A stretch of DNA of 63,577 nt, the filler included, from Octopus bimaculoides (lineage: Eukaryota), in assembly GCF_001194135.2 (NCBI RefSeq). It is 6 parts of 4 records of this genome, joined end to end, with 100 filler letters (N's around TTAATTAATTAA, not from the genome) between each part and the next. Parts side by side here need not be neighbours in the genome. Positions count along the whole stretch, not along the records: positions 1 to 25,746 come from NC_068996.1; positions 25,847 to 35,460 come from NC_068985.1; positions 35,561 to 48,018 come from NC_068986.1; 3 more parts are not named here. One strand, written 5' to 3'. Numbering within the stretch: the first letter of the stretch is position 1; each line of letters begins with the position of its first letter. The notes beneath the pieces were generated by a model. The model was not told the origin of the DNA. It saw nothing but the letters and a program-made list of their open reading frames with translations, and made no database searches. Shown here piece by piece: positions 24,490-36,849 of this stretch. Both the position numbers and the translations under genes were made by a program.

Positions 24490-25746
24490 TGTTGAAGGTT
24501 CTCCCTTACGGGTTTGCCTATAGTTGAAATCGTAGAATTTTGTTGCATACTGTTGCCGTTTTGCCTGCGGTCCTGTAGTTTGTTTGTTTTCTTCCCCCCA
24601 TTTTGGAGTGAAGAGACTCAGAAAAAATTAAGTGTGAACCGATACAAGCCCATGCCAGGAGCTATGCTTTGGCGAATGGAAGCCGTACCACCGCGATGAA
24701 TTCGCTGGTGGTGCGGGAAGTCATAATTGAAACCGAGAAGTTGGAAGAGTACAAGGAGGTGATCCAGAAGGTGGGGTCAAGTTTCAGGTTGACCCCTCCA
24801 GAGGAAGTAACCAACAAAACGAAAAGGACGGTGGTTTACAGAACACTGTCCACAACCAGTAAAAAGATTGAGATAACAACAGAGGAAGCCATTGAGAAAT
24901 GTCTGGAAGAAGTAAAGAGTGTTGCAACATTCTACACTAGGGGAAGAAGATATGGCACAGTGGAGGTGAGATTTTCCACCAAAGAAGAGGCAATAAATCA
25001 CTCCACTGTGAAGCTGAGTCACAAGAATGGGTGCTCCTGCAGACCTACTGCAGCAAAAGAGTCGCAAGAATTAGGATAGGCAAGATGCTACCAGAAATTA
25101 AAGAGGCATGGCTAGTAGCAGCCGTAATGCATGAAACCCATGACGGCGCAAAGATATAAAAAGTGGCAAGAACAAAGAAAATGAATCGGTTGGGGTTACG
25201 GCCTTGAAATGGTTATCCAGGTCACCCAGCAAGACCTGAACGAAATCGCAGAAGAGGTGTTGCTACCTGAAGACAATAAAGCTGAGAGTGGTAGTAGAAG
25301 GGAGACCGCCAACCTGCTACCACTGCAGAAAAAAGGGGCACATTAAAATAAAGAGCCCCCAGATAAACAATGAAACCAGAGAAAACCGGCATAAACAAAG
25401 TTGGAGTACTGAAATGACAAACCCAGCCGAGGAGGAGTGTATGGGAGACGCAGAAGATGAGGGATTTGTGGTATGACGTCAGTGTCTGGGGAGGCTGACC
25501 GGAAGGGCGAGTCGACCGGAAGGGGAAAAAGGGCAGAGGGAGCCTCGATCGGCATTCGTGCCCTTTTCGAACGGGGCTGTGGGCAGGACAAGACGTGTTA
25601 AGCGACGGTCTAGGTTTGGGAAGGTTTGGGAGAAGCAGCTGCTATTCCTGGTGTACTTTGGGTCGGGGCAAGCTTCGAGGATCGAATACCGCAAGACGGA
25701 CTCGCAGTCGAGGAAAGGAAAACCGAGGTAAGGCGATTACATCTAC
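24490..25746 (+). mobile_element. L1/Tx1-like LINE 5' region with ORF1 pseudogene
   Basis: GRRYGTVEVRFST (RRM-like) and VEGRPPTCYHCRKKGHIKIK (zinc knuckle with last Cys lost) followed by a basic/acidic tail. Frameshifted; ORF2 is not seen before the gap. Confidence 0.68.
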
Positions 25747-25846
25747 NNNNNNNNNNNNNNNNNNNNNNNNNNNNNNNNNNNNNNNNNNNNTTAATTAATT
25801 AANNNNNNNNNNNNNNNNNNNNNNNNNNNNNNNNNNNNNNNNNNNN
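25747..25846. other. Assembly spacer: 44 N + TTAATTAATTAA + 44 N (also at 35461, 48019, 58963, 61620)
   Basis: Identical 100-bp layout five times; the palindromic 12-mer gives stops in all six frames. Confidence 0.97.
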
Positions 25847-26790
25847 GAGAGTGGCGATAGTGAAGAAAAGCGGGTTGAAGAGAGGGGAGAGGAGCGATGA
25901 AGAGACTTTGAAAGAGAGACAAACGGAGACAGAGAAGATGACAAAGAATAAAAGAGATGAGGAGACGGAGAGGGCAAAGAAATATTTTGAAAGAGATCGG
26001 GATTAGGTAATAAAATAAAAGCAAAATGGAGGTAGAGAATTTTGTAAGTAAACAACGGTAAGCGATAAATGTTACATAAATAAAAACGAAACCTAAAGTA
26101 GAAAAAGAGTAAATACAAATTAATTTGCTATGAGTTTTTTCTACTTCATTTCAATTTCTTTATTGCTTCAATGGAAGCAATAAATATATTTACATATTAT
26201 ACATATTTGCGTATTGTTGAAGCAAATGTTATTTTTCGGTCATAGTTACACAACCTTTCCTGCTTATCAACAACTGTTCAACAGTGAAATATGAAATAGA
26301 GTGGAACCTGTTTATCAGCCCAGCAAACATGACGCAAGTAAAGTCATGATTTTTGTATGTGTGTGTGTCTTTAGATGTGTGTGTGTGTCTTTAGATGTGT
26401 GTGTGTGTGTCTTTAGATGTGTGTGTGTGAGTATGTCTGTGTGTGTCAGTTGTTACAAAAATGTATGTATATTCACATACACATACATCATCACATACAC
26501 TCACACACATATACTTCTCAGTCATCGGCTTAAAGTACGTGACGAACGCACAAAAACACACATACATTCTCATACACACTCATATAGAAAATGTGGCGTC
26601 GTCGTTGTTATGGTATAAAATGTCGTTTACGATAATTGACTTGTAGAAAGATTATAATGTTAAATTTTTGTAATGCAAATATGTCAATGAAAATAAAGTT
26701 TATTTGGTAGCCGAAAGATTATTGAATCTTTTGATACCCCATACGTCAAAATCGGCAACTAAGTTTTGAATGCATAAGGAACATGTGCGC

Positions 26791-26823
<33 letters not shown>

Positions 26824-27296
26824 AACAAACAAACTTTGCTTTATCTGTTAAGATATACAATTTCGTCGAGTTGTTTGTGTCTACATAGCTTGTTTGTAGA
26901 GCACCATTCTGCATGTAGTTACATCTTTGTTACTACTAGCGAGAAGACAGAGTAAAAGGAATGTAGATAGATAGAAACGATAAGGGGCCAACTTTCGCGC
27001 GCGTAGTGCGAAAGGCTACCTCTGGTCAGACTCCGAATAGCTGAAGGAGACCTACTGATATTTGCTTGTGTATTTATATTTTTGTTAATTTAATTAGGTC
27101 AACCGAAAATAATAAGATTCTTCACCATATCAAATCATAAATGTTTATGTAAAGGTCTCAGAGGTCAGTTGATTCTCATCAATCTCTCAGTGCAGGAATG
27201 AGCCGAAAACTTGTTTGACAATGTGGAAAAATGTCGATTCGCTTTCGAATCTTAGCTTGGCTATTTTGTAGCTTTCGTCTCGCTTGCGTCGTAAGT

Positions 27297-27336
27297 ACTG
27301 TTTGATAAACGGTCACGTGAAACTCTGAGTAACAGT
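27297..27336 (+). ncRNA. Minimal type I hammerhead-like motif, U3-A8 core
   Basis: actgt-TTGATAA-acg-gtca-cgt-GAAA-ctctgag-TA-acagt. Stems I and II are perfect; GUA triplet. Confidence 0.68.
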
Positions 27337-27738
27337 TTTTCCCAGCTTTAATAAACAGTGTGTGTGTGTGTGTAAACACGGCTAAATAAGCGCTTGCAAT
27401 GCAGCAAAATCATATCTCATTTATCAAGCAAATATTTGATTAGGTGTCCACCAGTAACTTGAAGTAAACATTATTAATTGTAAATTTGTCAGTCCTGAAA
27501 TAGAGATTGTAGATGTCGGAGAATCAAAGTTACATTTTTGCATTCAAAGCAATGTACAAATATAGCTGCAGATATTTTTTTTTCCTTTCCCTTCTAATAT
27601 CGATGTACCATTCTTGTACTTGAACATGTTTACTTTGAGACAAATCAATGCTATATAATTATTCAATTGTTATCTACTGGAATTACATGGAATTACATGA
27701 GCTTTCCTTTTTCTATTTATCCGAATGTTGATTTGTGG

Positions 27739-27782
<44 letters not shown>

Positions 27783-28775
27783 NNNNNNNNNNNNNNNNNN
27801 NNNNNNNNNNNNNNNNNNNNNNNNNNNNNNNNNNNNNNNNNNNNNNNNNNNNNNNNNNNNNNNNNNNNNNNNNNNNNNNNNNNNNNNNNNNNNNNNNNNN
27901 NNNNNNNNNNNNNNNNNNNNNNNNNNNNNNNNNNNNNNNNNNNNNNNNNNNNNNNNNNNNNNNNNNNNNNNNNNNNNNNNNNNNNNNNNNNNNNNNNNNN
28001 NNNNNNNNNNNNNNNNNNNNNNNNNNNNNNNNNNNNNNNNNNNNNNNNNNNNNNNNNNNNNNNNNNNNNNNNNNNNNNNNNNNNNNNNNNNNNNNNNNNN
28101 NNNNNNNNNNNNNNNNNNNNNNNNNNNNNNNNNNNNNNNNNNNNNNNNNNNNNNNNNNNNNNNNNNNNNNNNNNNNNNNNNNNNNNNNNNNNNNNNNNNN
28201 NNNNNNNNNNNNNNNNNNNNNNNNNNNNNNNNNNNNNNNNNNNNNNNNNNNNNNNNNNNNNNNNNNNNNNNNNNNNNNNNNNNNNNNNNNNNNNNNNNNN
28301 NNNNNNNNNNNNNNNNNNNNNNNNNNNNNNNNNNNNNNNNNNNNNNNNNNNNNNNNNNNNNNNNNNNNNNNNNNNNNNNNNNNNNNNNNNNNNNNNNNNN
28401 NNNNNNNNNNNNNNNNNNNNNNNNNNNNNNNNNNNNNNNNNNNNNNNNNNNNNNNNNNNNNNNNNNNNNNNNNNNNNNNNNNNNNNNNNNNNNNNNNNNN
28501 NNNNNNNNNNNNNNNNNNNNNNNNNNNNNNNNNNNNNNNNNNNNNNNNNNNNNNNNNNNNNNNNNNNNNNNNNNNNNNNNNNNNNNNNNNNNNNNNNNNN
28601 NNNNNNNNNNNNNNNNNNNNNNNNNNNNNNNNNNNNNNNNNNNNNNNNNNNNNNNNNNNNNNNNNNNNNNNNNNNNNNNNNNNNNNNNNNNNNNNNNNNN
28701 NNNNNNNNNNNNNNNNNNNNNNNNNNNNNNNNNNNNNNNNNNNNNNNNNNNNNNNNNATAAATGGAAATCACACA

Positions 28776-28832
28776 CATAGAATGTCGCTAAATCTTCATC
28801 AGTTATCGTCGAGGATTTAGCGACAGTCTATG
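28776..28832. repeat. 22-bp-stem hairpin
   Basis: catagaatgtcgctaaatcttc, 13-nt loop, gaggatttagcgacagtctatg (1 mismatch, 1 G-T). Confidence 0.85.
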
Positions 28833-28899
28833 TATTTTCCGTTTGTTCTGTTTGTTGCATTTCTATATAATTTTTGAACGCGCGCACAATGCACACTTT

Positions 28900-29395
28900 C
28901 GAATACTACTGGTAACATGCATATAACCCACTTATAGCCTGTTGCATGATCAGGTCGTTGGCGACTAAACTGGTAACCCCACCGTGCTTGCTTGCTGAGG
29001 AGGGAGATTTAGACACCCTGCGGGATGAAAAATAAAACCCGTCAAAGGGCGAAGGAACTGGTGAGAGTCTGCGGTCATCCAGTAGTATGTATATAGAGGA
29101 GAGTTAATTTCAATGAGGAAAAATCCCCTAGCCAGTGTTACGGTGAAGTCATAGAGAACAGCATGGGTGGGGGAAGTAGTTGGGTGTATTGATATTCATT
29201 CGAAGTACGAGTTTCATTCGGCGAACCTACATGACACAATCCGGACGGAAGAGTTTCTTCAGTCAATGGTCAGTCTTCGGTCAACCAATCCAGTAAGCGG
29301 ATTACTGCAAGTTGATAGAACTGGTGATTCATCAATTCACTTTAGCTACTTGAAAGCACTAAGGACTTCTGAACCGCATAGTGTCACCAACTAAT
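28900..29395 (+). mobile_element. Probable 5' end of an RTE-type LINE
   Basis: GC-richer structured leader followed by a degenerate frame (...VDRTGDSSIHFSYLKALRT) that I recall preceding RTE endonuclease domains. No diagnostic domain is present here. Confidence 0.35.
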
Positions 29396-29404
29396 ACTAA
29401 TATA

Positions 29405-29620
29405 ACTTTCTACTAAAGGCACATGGCCAGCAAGTTTATGGGAGGAGTTAAGTAGATTACATTGACCCCGGTACTCAACTGGTACTTAATTTAACGACCC
29501 CGAAAGAATGAAAGGCAAAGTTGACCGCGGCTGAATTTGAACTCAGAACGCAAAGACAGACGAAATTCTGCTAAGCATCTTGCCCGGCGTGCTAACGACT
29601 CTACCAGTTCGCCACCTTAA
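29405..29620 (-). mobile_element. SINE family A
   Basis: Reverse complement of the family A consensus seen at 21818 and 41235. Confidence 0.85.
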
Positions 29621-29628
29621 GTAATGGT

Positions 29629-29696
<68 letters not shown>

Positions 29697-29840
29697 GTAT
29701 GCACATATATGTATACATACATAAATATATATGTATATATGTAAATGTATATATATATATAGTCAATCCAAACAAGAACAAGCAAGAAAAAACAACAACG
29801 CAAGGACGTGGAATAAAGGAAAGGAAAGAAAAGAAAGAGG

Positions 29841-29875
29841 ATTTCACGTTTCGAGCAGAGCTCTTCATCAGAAAT
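29841..29875 (-). ncRNA. Ultra-minimal hammerhead-like motif (probably inactive copy)
   Basis: Minus strand: attt-CTGATGA-a-gagc-tct-gctc-GAAA-cgt-G-aaat. Stem III is only the ACGT palindrome; position 17 is G. Confidence 0.55.
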
Positions 29876-30081
29876 ACAGAAAAAGTCCAAAGAAGTGAAG
29901 ACGGAGAAAGAAAATCGCCAACGATACACACGCGGTCACATATTGAAATGACCGGAAGGGAATGGGTGAAGAAAAAGTTCTTTCTAAGACAGGAGAGTGC
30001 AAGAGAAGGAGATATGTGTGGGTATGTCCGTGCGCGCAGGTCTGTATGTGTATGTAATGATAGCACGTGTATGTGTATGTG

Positions 30082-30114
<33 letters not shown>

Positions 30115-31282
30115 TTGTGGCTGTTTAAGTATGTGTGTGGTTGGACTTAGTGTCGCTTAAGGTCGTATGAAGAATTTATAGTAAGAATTTTGGTAGGAGT
30201 GGCTGTCTGTTGTGTGTTTCTCTTCACATGAGCGTAGGAGAATGGTAAGTAGAAAGATAGTTTGAAGTATGTGTGTGCGTGTATGTATATGTAGTATATG
30301 TAGTGTGTACGTGTGTTTTGTTTGCAGTGTGTGTGTGTATGTATGTGTACGTGTGGGTATGTGTGTATGCGTGAGGTTGTGTGTGGGTTGTGTCTGTGGA
30401 GTAAATATACTTTATTCTGTTTGTGTGCGCGTACGTGTGTGTGCTTATATGTGCGTGTGTATGTCCATGTATGTATAATTGTGTGCGTCTATGTATGAGT
30501 GTGTGTTGTGTGTATGTATGTCTGTGTTCATTTGTGCGTGCGTGTGTATGTATGTGTGTGCGTGTGTGTATATGTGTGTGCGAGTGTATGTGCGTGTGTA
30601 CATGTGTGTGTATGTATATGCGTGTGTATTTTGTATTTTGTATACACATTCACTGCTTTCTTCCAAAGAATCTAATGCTCTTAGCTTAGTTTTTCCTTGG
30701 GGCGGCCAGATTGGAGAAATATCGAGAATAACCAGCCGAAATTGCAAGGATAATCTGGATCTCGACTAAAGAAAGAAAACTCCGAATGACCTGTCCATGT
30801 TTGCTTTGTATCGTCTATCTGGATGTTTTGTCCCCTTCTTGTATCACCTAACTGTCTGGATGTTTTGCGTCCTTGTCCCATTCTGTATTATTTATACATA
30901 CATATATATATATATNNNNNNNNNNNNNNNNNNNNNNNNNNNNNNNNNNNNNNNNNNNNNNNNNNNNNNNNNNNNNNNNNNNNNNNNNNNNNNNNNNNNN
31001 NNNNNNNNNNNNNNNNNNNNNNNNNNNNNNNNNNNNNNNNNNNNNNNNNNNNNNNNNNNNNNNNNNNNNNNNNNNNNNNNNNNNNNNNNNNNNNNNNNNN
31101 NNNNNNNNNNNNNNNNNNNNNNNNNNNNNNNNNNNNNNNNNNNNNNNNNNNNNNNNNNNNNNNNNNNNNNNNNNNNNNNNNNNNNNNNNNNNNNNNNNNN
31201 NNNNNNNNNNNNNNNNNNNNNNNNNNNNNNNNNNNNNNNNNNNNNNNNNNNNNNNNNNNNNNNNNNNNNNATATATATATAC

Positions 31283-31322
<40 letters not shown>

Positions 31323-31377
31323 GCATATACATACATTCTCTTTCTCTTCCTCAGTGTGAACATATATATGTATATGA

Positions 31378-31417
<40 letters not shown>

Positions 31418-31713
31418 GCATGTACGGGCGAATATAAAATTGCATCATCAAATGTATACACACCTAAACATGTATGTACATGCTTATATAACACTATGTA
31501 ACTATATATTTAATGTGTGCGTGCGAGTGTGTGTGTGTATACGTAATTAGGATAAAGTCATTATTTAATGATTTATCAGTGGCTAGCATGCTAAAATACC
31601 ATAATGGTTATTTTATATTAAAATTACAAGGGCGTTGTATAACGCTAGTCTGCTAGAAGTAAACCCCAAATGGTTTAGGAACGACTAAGATTATTACGCC
31701 ATAACACAATATA

Positions 31714-31836
31714 CAGGGTGTCCACAAAGTCTGAGTACATGGGGATTAACACATACTTTAAGAAATTATTATTTCTCATATTTAATTATGTCATGATATT
31801 ATTTACTCCATGTACCCAGACTTTGTGGACACCCTG
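31714..31836. mobile_element. Tc1/mariner-type MITE (123 bp)
   Basis: TA|cagggtgtccacaaagtctgagtacatgg ... ccatgtacccagactttgtggacaccctg|TA. 29-bp TIR with 1 mismatch. Confidence 0.93.
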
Positions 31837-33336
31837 TATAATCCTCTACACACTATAAATCCTCGCTGTCTATTTTCCTCGCCTTCAACATTATGTTGTG
31901 GAGTAAAAATCTTAGTGGTTCCTAAGCCATTTCTAGCAGATGGGCGTTATTCAATGCCCTTATTGTAATTATATATATATAACAATTGCATCGTGGAGGN
32001 NNNNNNNNNTGTATAATCTCCCATATATATATATATATATACATATATGCATATCCTCTGAACAGTATTGTTTGTAAAAGCCATTGCATTAGCTATCCCG
32101 TTTGTTTTTCCAGCTCTACCTTCACACAGATGCGTGAAGCTTCTTCCAAACTCTCCTATTTTGCATCCGCTCATTGTCACGTATACATCCAGCAGGTGCG
32201 AAAACATATCCGATCATTACCCAATGCCTCCTTCCTATTACAAGACAGTGGGGTGTGGTTTGGAGCATTGATTTGGCCACTAATTCCTCATGCTGGAGTG
32301 TATAGTATGCTTCATTAGGGAGAAGCGCTTCCAGATTTAGACATTAACTGAACACACTACATGTTTTGGAACCCATAATCCGCATGGACCGCAACATAAT
32401 CAAAAGGCTTATATGTTTACAATTATTGTGAGACTTTCTGGTGAAGTCTTAAATTCAGTGATGCTCTAAAATTGTTATAGCTTAGGGCCTCACCGAGTTT
32501 AAATCCGGCACTGGATTTAAATCATCGTACATCTGGAATAATAGGTAAATTCATCCCACCTAGTCATATCGTTGACTACCTATGTGCTTGGTGTTTTCAG
32601 TCGAAGTCAATTTTGGCTAAGCAACAAGATCTCTTCTCACTCCAGCCAGAGGTGATGCTCTGACGGTATCTCTTCCATTACACATATAGTGGGATTCGGA
32701 TTTAGTTTCAGTCCCCACCAAACTCCTCAGATTTTTCTTTCTTCTTGCTCATGGAAAAATACTTTTTACAGCGGATAACAAAAAAAATCTAGCTAAATTG
32801 CTTCCACAGTGACTATCTGTTTCTCATTGCACCAGGAGTTTCAGACTAACGCTCACACACATGCGCGCGCGCACAAACGTGCCGGCGTACATGGCATTCA
32901 TGCTGATATCTGTTGTAGCCACTTGGCTTCGTGAGTTGATGAGTTGGTAGGGGTGACGATGTGGGTTGCATTGGTATAGATGTTTGTGATGGTGTGTAGG
33001 TATTGTTGGTGGTGCAGTGGTCATATTGTTCTTGCTAATAGTATTATTCTGGGTGTTTACTTTCAAGTCAATCCTGAAAGACCCAATATCAAAGACATTT
33101 CATTTAGCATTTAAAATACACTAGGATACCACGTCATATGTCTTTATTTGAAATAGATTTGCTTATCTACTTCACACTCCATATTACTGTTGCTGTCGGT
33201 GGTTGTGTTGGTGTTGATAGAAACACTCACGCACTCATACATACATACATACATACATGCATGCATGCATACATACATGCATACATACATACATGCATAC
33301 ATACATTCGTATGTGTGTGTGTGTGTGTGAGTATAA

Positions 33337-33383
<47 letters not shown>

Positions 33384-33699
33384 CTCACATTATAGACATT
33401 ATTTGTGTGTGTGTGTGTGATGATTGTTTTTCAGATCGTTAACTATATACCTTGATCGTCACTGAAACGCAAGCGAAATTACAGACCGTATCCCGACATT
33501 AATGGTTATACTTTACAATTTCCGTAAACGCGAAATCGCGCACCCTAAGGTAGACGCAATGCGGGGGTGCCTGTATTTCTCAACTGGACTTTCCCCATTG
33601 ATATTTTCCGTTGCATTCCAAAATGGATCTTAATTATCTGTTATGGTGTTACCATGTGTATTCATAAGGACTAATATAAAATAAATAGGGTAAAGAGTA

Positions 33700-33995
33700 A
33701 AGACCCCCTTCGGTCCTGAATGCATCTAGAAAGTCTCATTTCGAGGTACAAATCCAAGCAAGATTGTTTATGGCAGACCAACAGTCACCCATGCATACCA
33801 GTCTCTCCTCTCGACGTCACCGATGTTATCCAACTGAAAGGCTGATACAGCTTGGAACTAGTAACGTCGCAACTCATTTCTACAGCGAAGTGAAGTGGAG
33901 CAATAAAGTGTCTTACTCAATAATATAACACAGCCAAGTTCAGGAATCGAACTCACTACCTCATGAACCCGACGCTCTAACCACTGAGCCATACG
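33700..33995 (-). mobile_element. SINE family E
   Basis: Minus strand: ggctcagtggttagagcgtcg...ttcgattcc...cactttattgctccac...gctgtagaaatgagtt...gcatgggtgactg. Confidence 0.8.
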
Positions 33996-34249
33996 CATTC
34001 ACTATAAAATAAATTATGTCTAATATATATATATATTATAAATTATAAACCAGGATGAAAGTAATATGATATTTCAGAGTTACGATCATTAAGAATCTAA
34101 GTAAACTAGAGTTTACTTGCATTTGCTAATATCGAGTAGATAGCGGTAATGTAATATTTATAGTAATATTTGAATATTTGAAAGATTAGTAAGCTTATGT
34201 AGGATTATTTATCTATGTATATAGCTGTTCGGTAGTATTTGAATAATTT

Positions 34250-34660
34250 AGAAATTTTAAGTGGGCAAATGGCTATTCTCTATGAGTTCGTGTTAAGAAG
34301 ATAATATTTAGCAAAAACTATTTCAGCAAAAACGAGTTTCAGTAATACAAAGGTTCCATAGTCTTCTATTTCTAGTAAATGAATTTGCTTTGTCCAGGAC
34401 TTTGTAAGTTAACTGAAGGGTAGGCTGTTATTTCTTAACTTCCAGATACATTTCGAGAGGGATGTAGTAGTACTCTTTGTTGGTTTGCAGCATGAATGCG
34501 TATGTGGGCAATAAGATCGATAATAGCTTGGCAAAATGAGCAGTGTACGTATCATGTATTTATATCATGTATAGATTTCAAGCATCACTATAACAATACT
34601 TCTCCTTCAGATCACAACTACATACAAATAATAACTCAATGCAGAGAGATTGTAGGCCGC
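34250..34660 (-). pseudogene. Penelope-like GIY-YIG endonuclease C-terminal remnant
   Basis: Frameshifted minus-strand peptides STTTSLSKCIWKLRNNSLPFS and KVLDKANSFTRNRRLWNLCITE, resembling the PLE LSK.IW.LK...W.IL..A...CNLC..E pattern. The GIY/YIG strands themselves are not recognisable. Confidence 0.5.
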
Positions 34661-34892
34661 TATTATGCACATAGATTTACATAAGAATGTATGTGTATGT
34701 ATATGTGTGTGAATGTATGCGTATGTGCGTGCTTGTTGGCTTTCTATTAAGCTTTAAGCATGTTTGTGTACGTGTGTGAGTGTGTCTGGATTGCTGACTG
34801 ACTGCTAATTATTTCTCTGTCTGTCTATGTCTCTTACTTTCTCTCTCTCTTTCTCTCCCCTCTTTATTTTTCCCCCCTTTCTAGCTTTCTCT

Positions 34893-34970
<78 letters not shown>

Positions 34971-34971
34971 A

Positions 34972-35036
<65 letters not shown>

Positions 35037-35560
35037 TATATGTATATGCATGTATGTATACGTGTGTGTATGGGGGGTGTCTATCTGTCTGACTGTGTAC
35101 GTATGTATACATGTAATTACGAATGTTTAAAGCATCTCGTCTGCTGAAAATAAGATAGAAAAATTATTATGTTGATGACGCCCATCGTTGTAGAAACGGG
35201 TACCTGGATACCCTTTCCATAATAGTTTTATAGAATGCTTGATACTTGAAATCATTTTCTCTTCTCAATTACTGAAAAGCGATTGGTTTACCTTCTCTGT
35301 TTGCATATATAGTTTCAATAAATCAACAATTTGTCTTGCATGTTATCTAATATACCCTTATTTGTGTTATATATATATATATAGGTTATGTGAGGTAATG
35401 GTAGATAGATCGATAGATAGATATACACACATATATACATATATACATACACATCTCTCTNNNNNNNNNNNNNNNNNNNNNNNNNNNNNNNNNNNNNNNN
35501 NNNNTTAATTAATTAANNNNNNNNNNNNNNNNNNNNNNNNNNNNNNNNNNNNNNNNNNNN

Positions 35561-35611
<51 letters not shown>

Positions 35612-36118
35612 CACACATTCATACATGTATATATACATATGGAACTACATATACACATAGATTGATACATACATATATGCATACATATATAGACATACCT
35701 ATATGCTCACACACGTATGTATGTACGTTTTACCGAATGACAACACGGAAATAGTGTGATATTCTAAAAAACGGAAGTGGATATGATGATGAACAGGAAG
35801 TGGAGACAATAGCATACAGGAAGTAAATACTTAAAATTAAAGACAGGTAGAAAATGGAGCTATGAACTCCACAAATTATTTTCATAACTTTAGCGTCTTC
35901 TTTTCCATACATGCGTGCGAGAATGATGTATAGTGGGATAAATTTGCTAAGGCTGAATTCTAGCCATCATCTTTTCCCAGCAAAGCAATACTTCCTCATG
36001 GCCAGAGATATTTTCGCGGAATAATAGTAATTAGTGACACCGCTTGAATGAGATGCTCAATTACAACTATGAAACGATATCAACACAAGGAGATGCAAAT
36101 ACACACATACACATCCCC

Positions 36119-36152
<34 letters not shown>

Positions 36153-36817
36153 NNNNNNNNNNNNNNNNNNNNNNNNNNNNNNNNNNNNNNNNNNNNNNNN
36201 NNNNNNNNNNNNNNNNNNNNNNNNNNNNNNNNNNNNNNNNNNNNNNNNNNNNNNNNNNNNNNNNNNNNNNNNNNNNNNNNNNNNNNNNNNNNNNNNNNNN
36301 NNNNNNNNNNNNNNNNNNNNNNNNNNNNNNNNNNNNNNNNNNNNNNNNNNNNNNNNNNNNNNNNNNNNNNNNNNNNNNNNNNNNNNNNNNNNNNNNNNNN
36401 NNNNNNNNNNNNNNNNNNNNNNNNNNNNNNNNNNNNNNNNNNNNNNNNNNNNNNNNNNNNNNNNNNNNNNNNNNNNNNNNNNNNNNNNNNNNNNNNNNNN
36501 NNNNNNNNNNNNNNNNNNNNNNNNNNNNNNNNNNNNNNNNNNNNNNNNNNNNNNNNNNNNNNNNNNNNNNNNNNNNNNNNNNNNNNNNNNNNNNNNNNNN
36601 NNNNNNNNNNNNNNNNNNNNNNNNNNNNNNNNNNNNNNNNNNNNNNNNNNNNNNNNNNNNNNNNNNNNNNNNNNNNNNNNNNNNNNNNNNNNNNNNNNNN
36701 NNNNNNNNNNNNNNNNNNNNNNNNNNNNNNNNNNNNNNNNNNNNNNNNNNNNNNNNNNNNNNNNNNNNNNNNNNNNNNNNNNNNNNNNNNNNNNNNNNNN
36801 NNNNNNNNNNNNNNNNN

Positions 36818-36849
<32 letters not shown>

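Noticed and set aside
25791-25802. Recurring TTAATTAATTAA palindrome (also 35505, 48063, 59007, 61664)
   Set aside because: Always centred in 44+44 N; an artificial six-frame-stop scaffold spacer, not biology.
30700-30765. HHR-like candidate (ccagatt...GAAA...aatctgg)
   Set aside because: No acceptable CUGANGA core or NUH register.
32050-32700. Higher-complexity unique sequence with short ORFs
   Set aside because: Multiple stops on both strands and no motif I can recognise; probably an old TE fragment, left unassigned.
32995-33115. Possible transmembrane exon GIVGGAVVILFLLIVLFWVF
   Set aside because: Weak splice context, within a decayed GGT/GTT low-complexity tract, no neighbouring exons.
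34447-34545. Possible plus-strand exon (ttccag...gtacgt)
   Set aside because: Stops in all three frames; better explained by the minus-strand PLE remnant.
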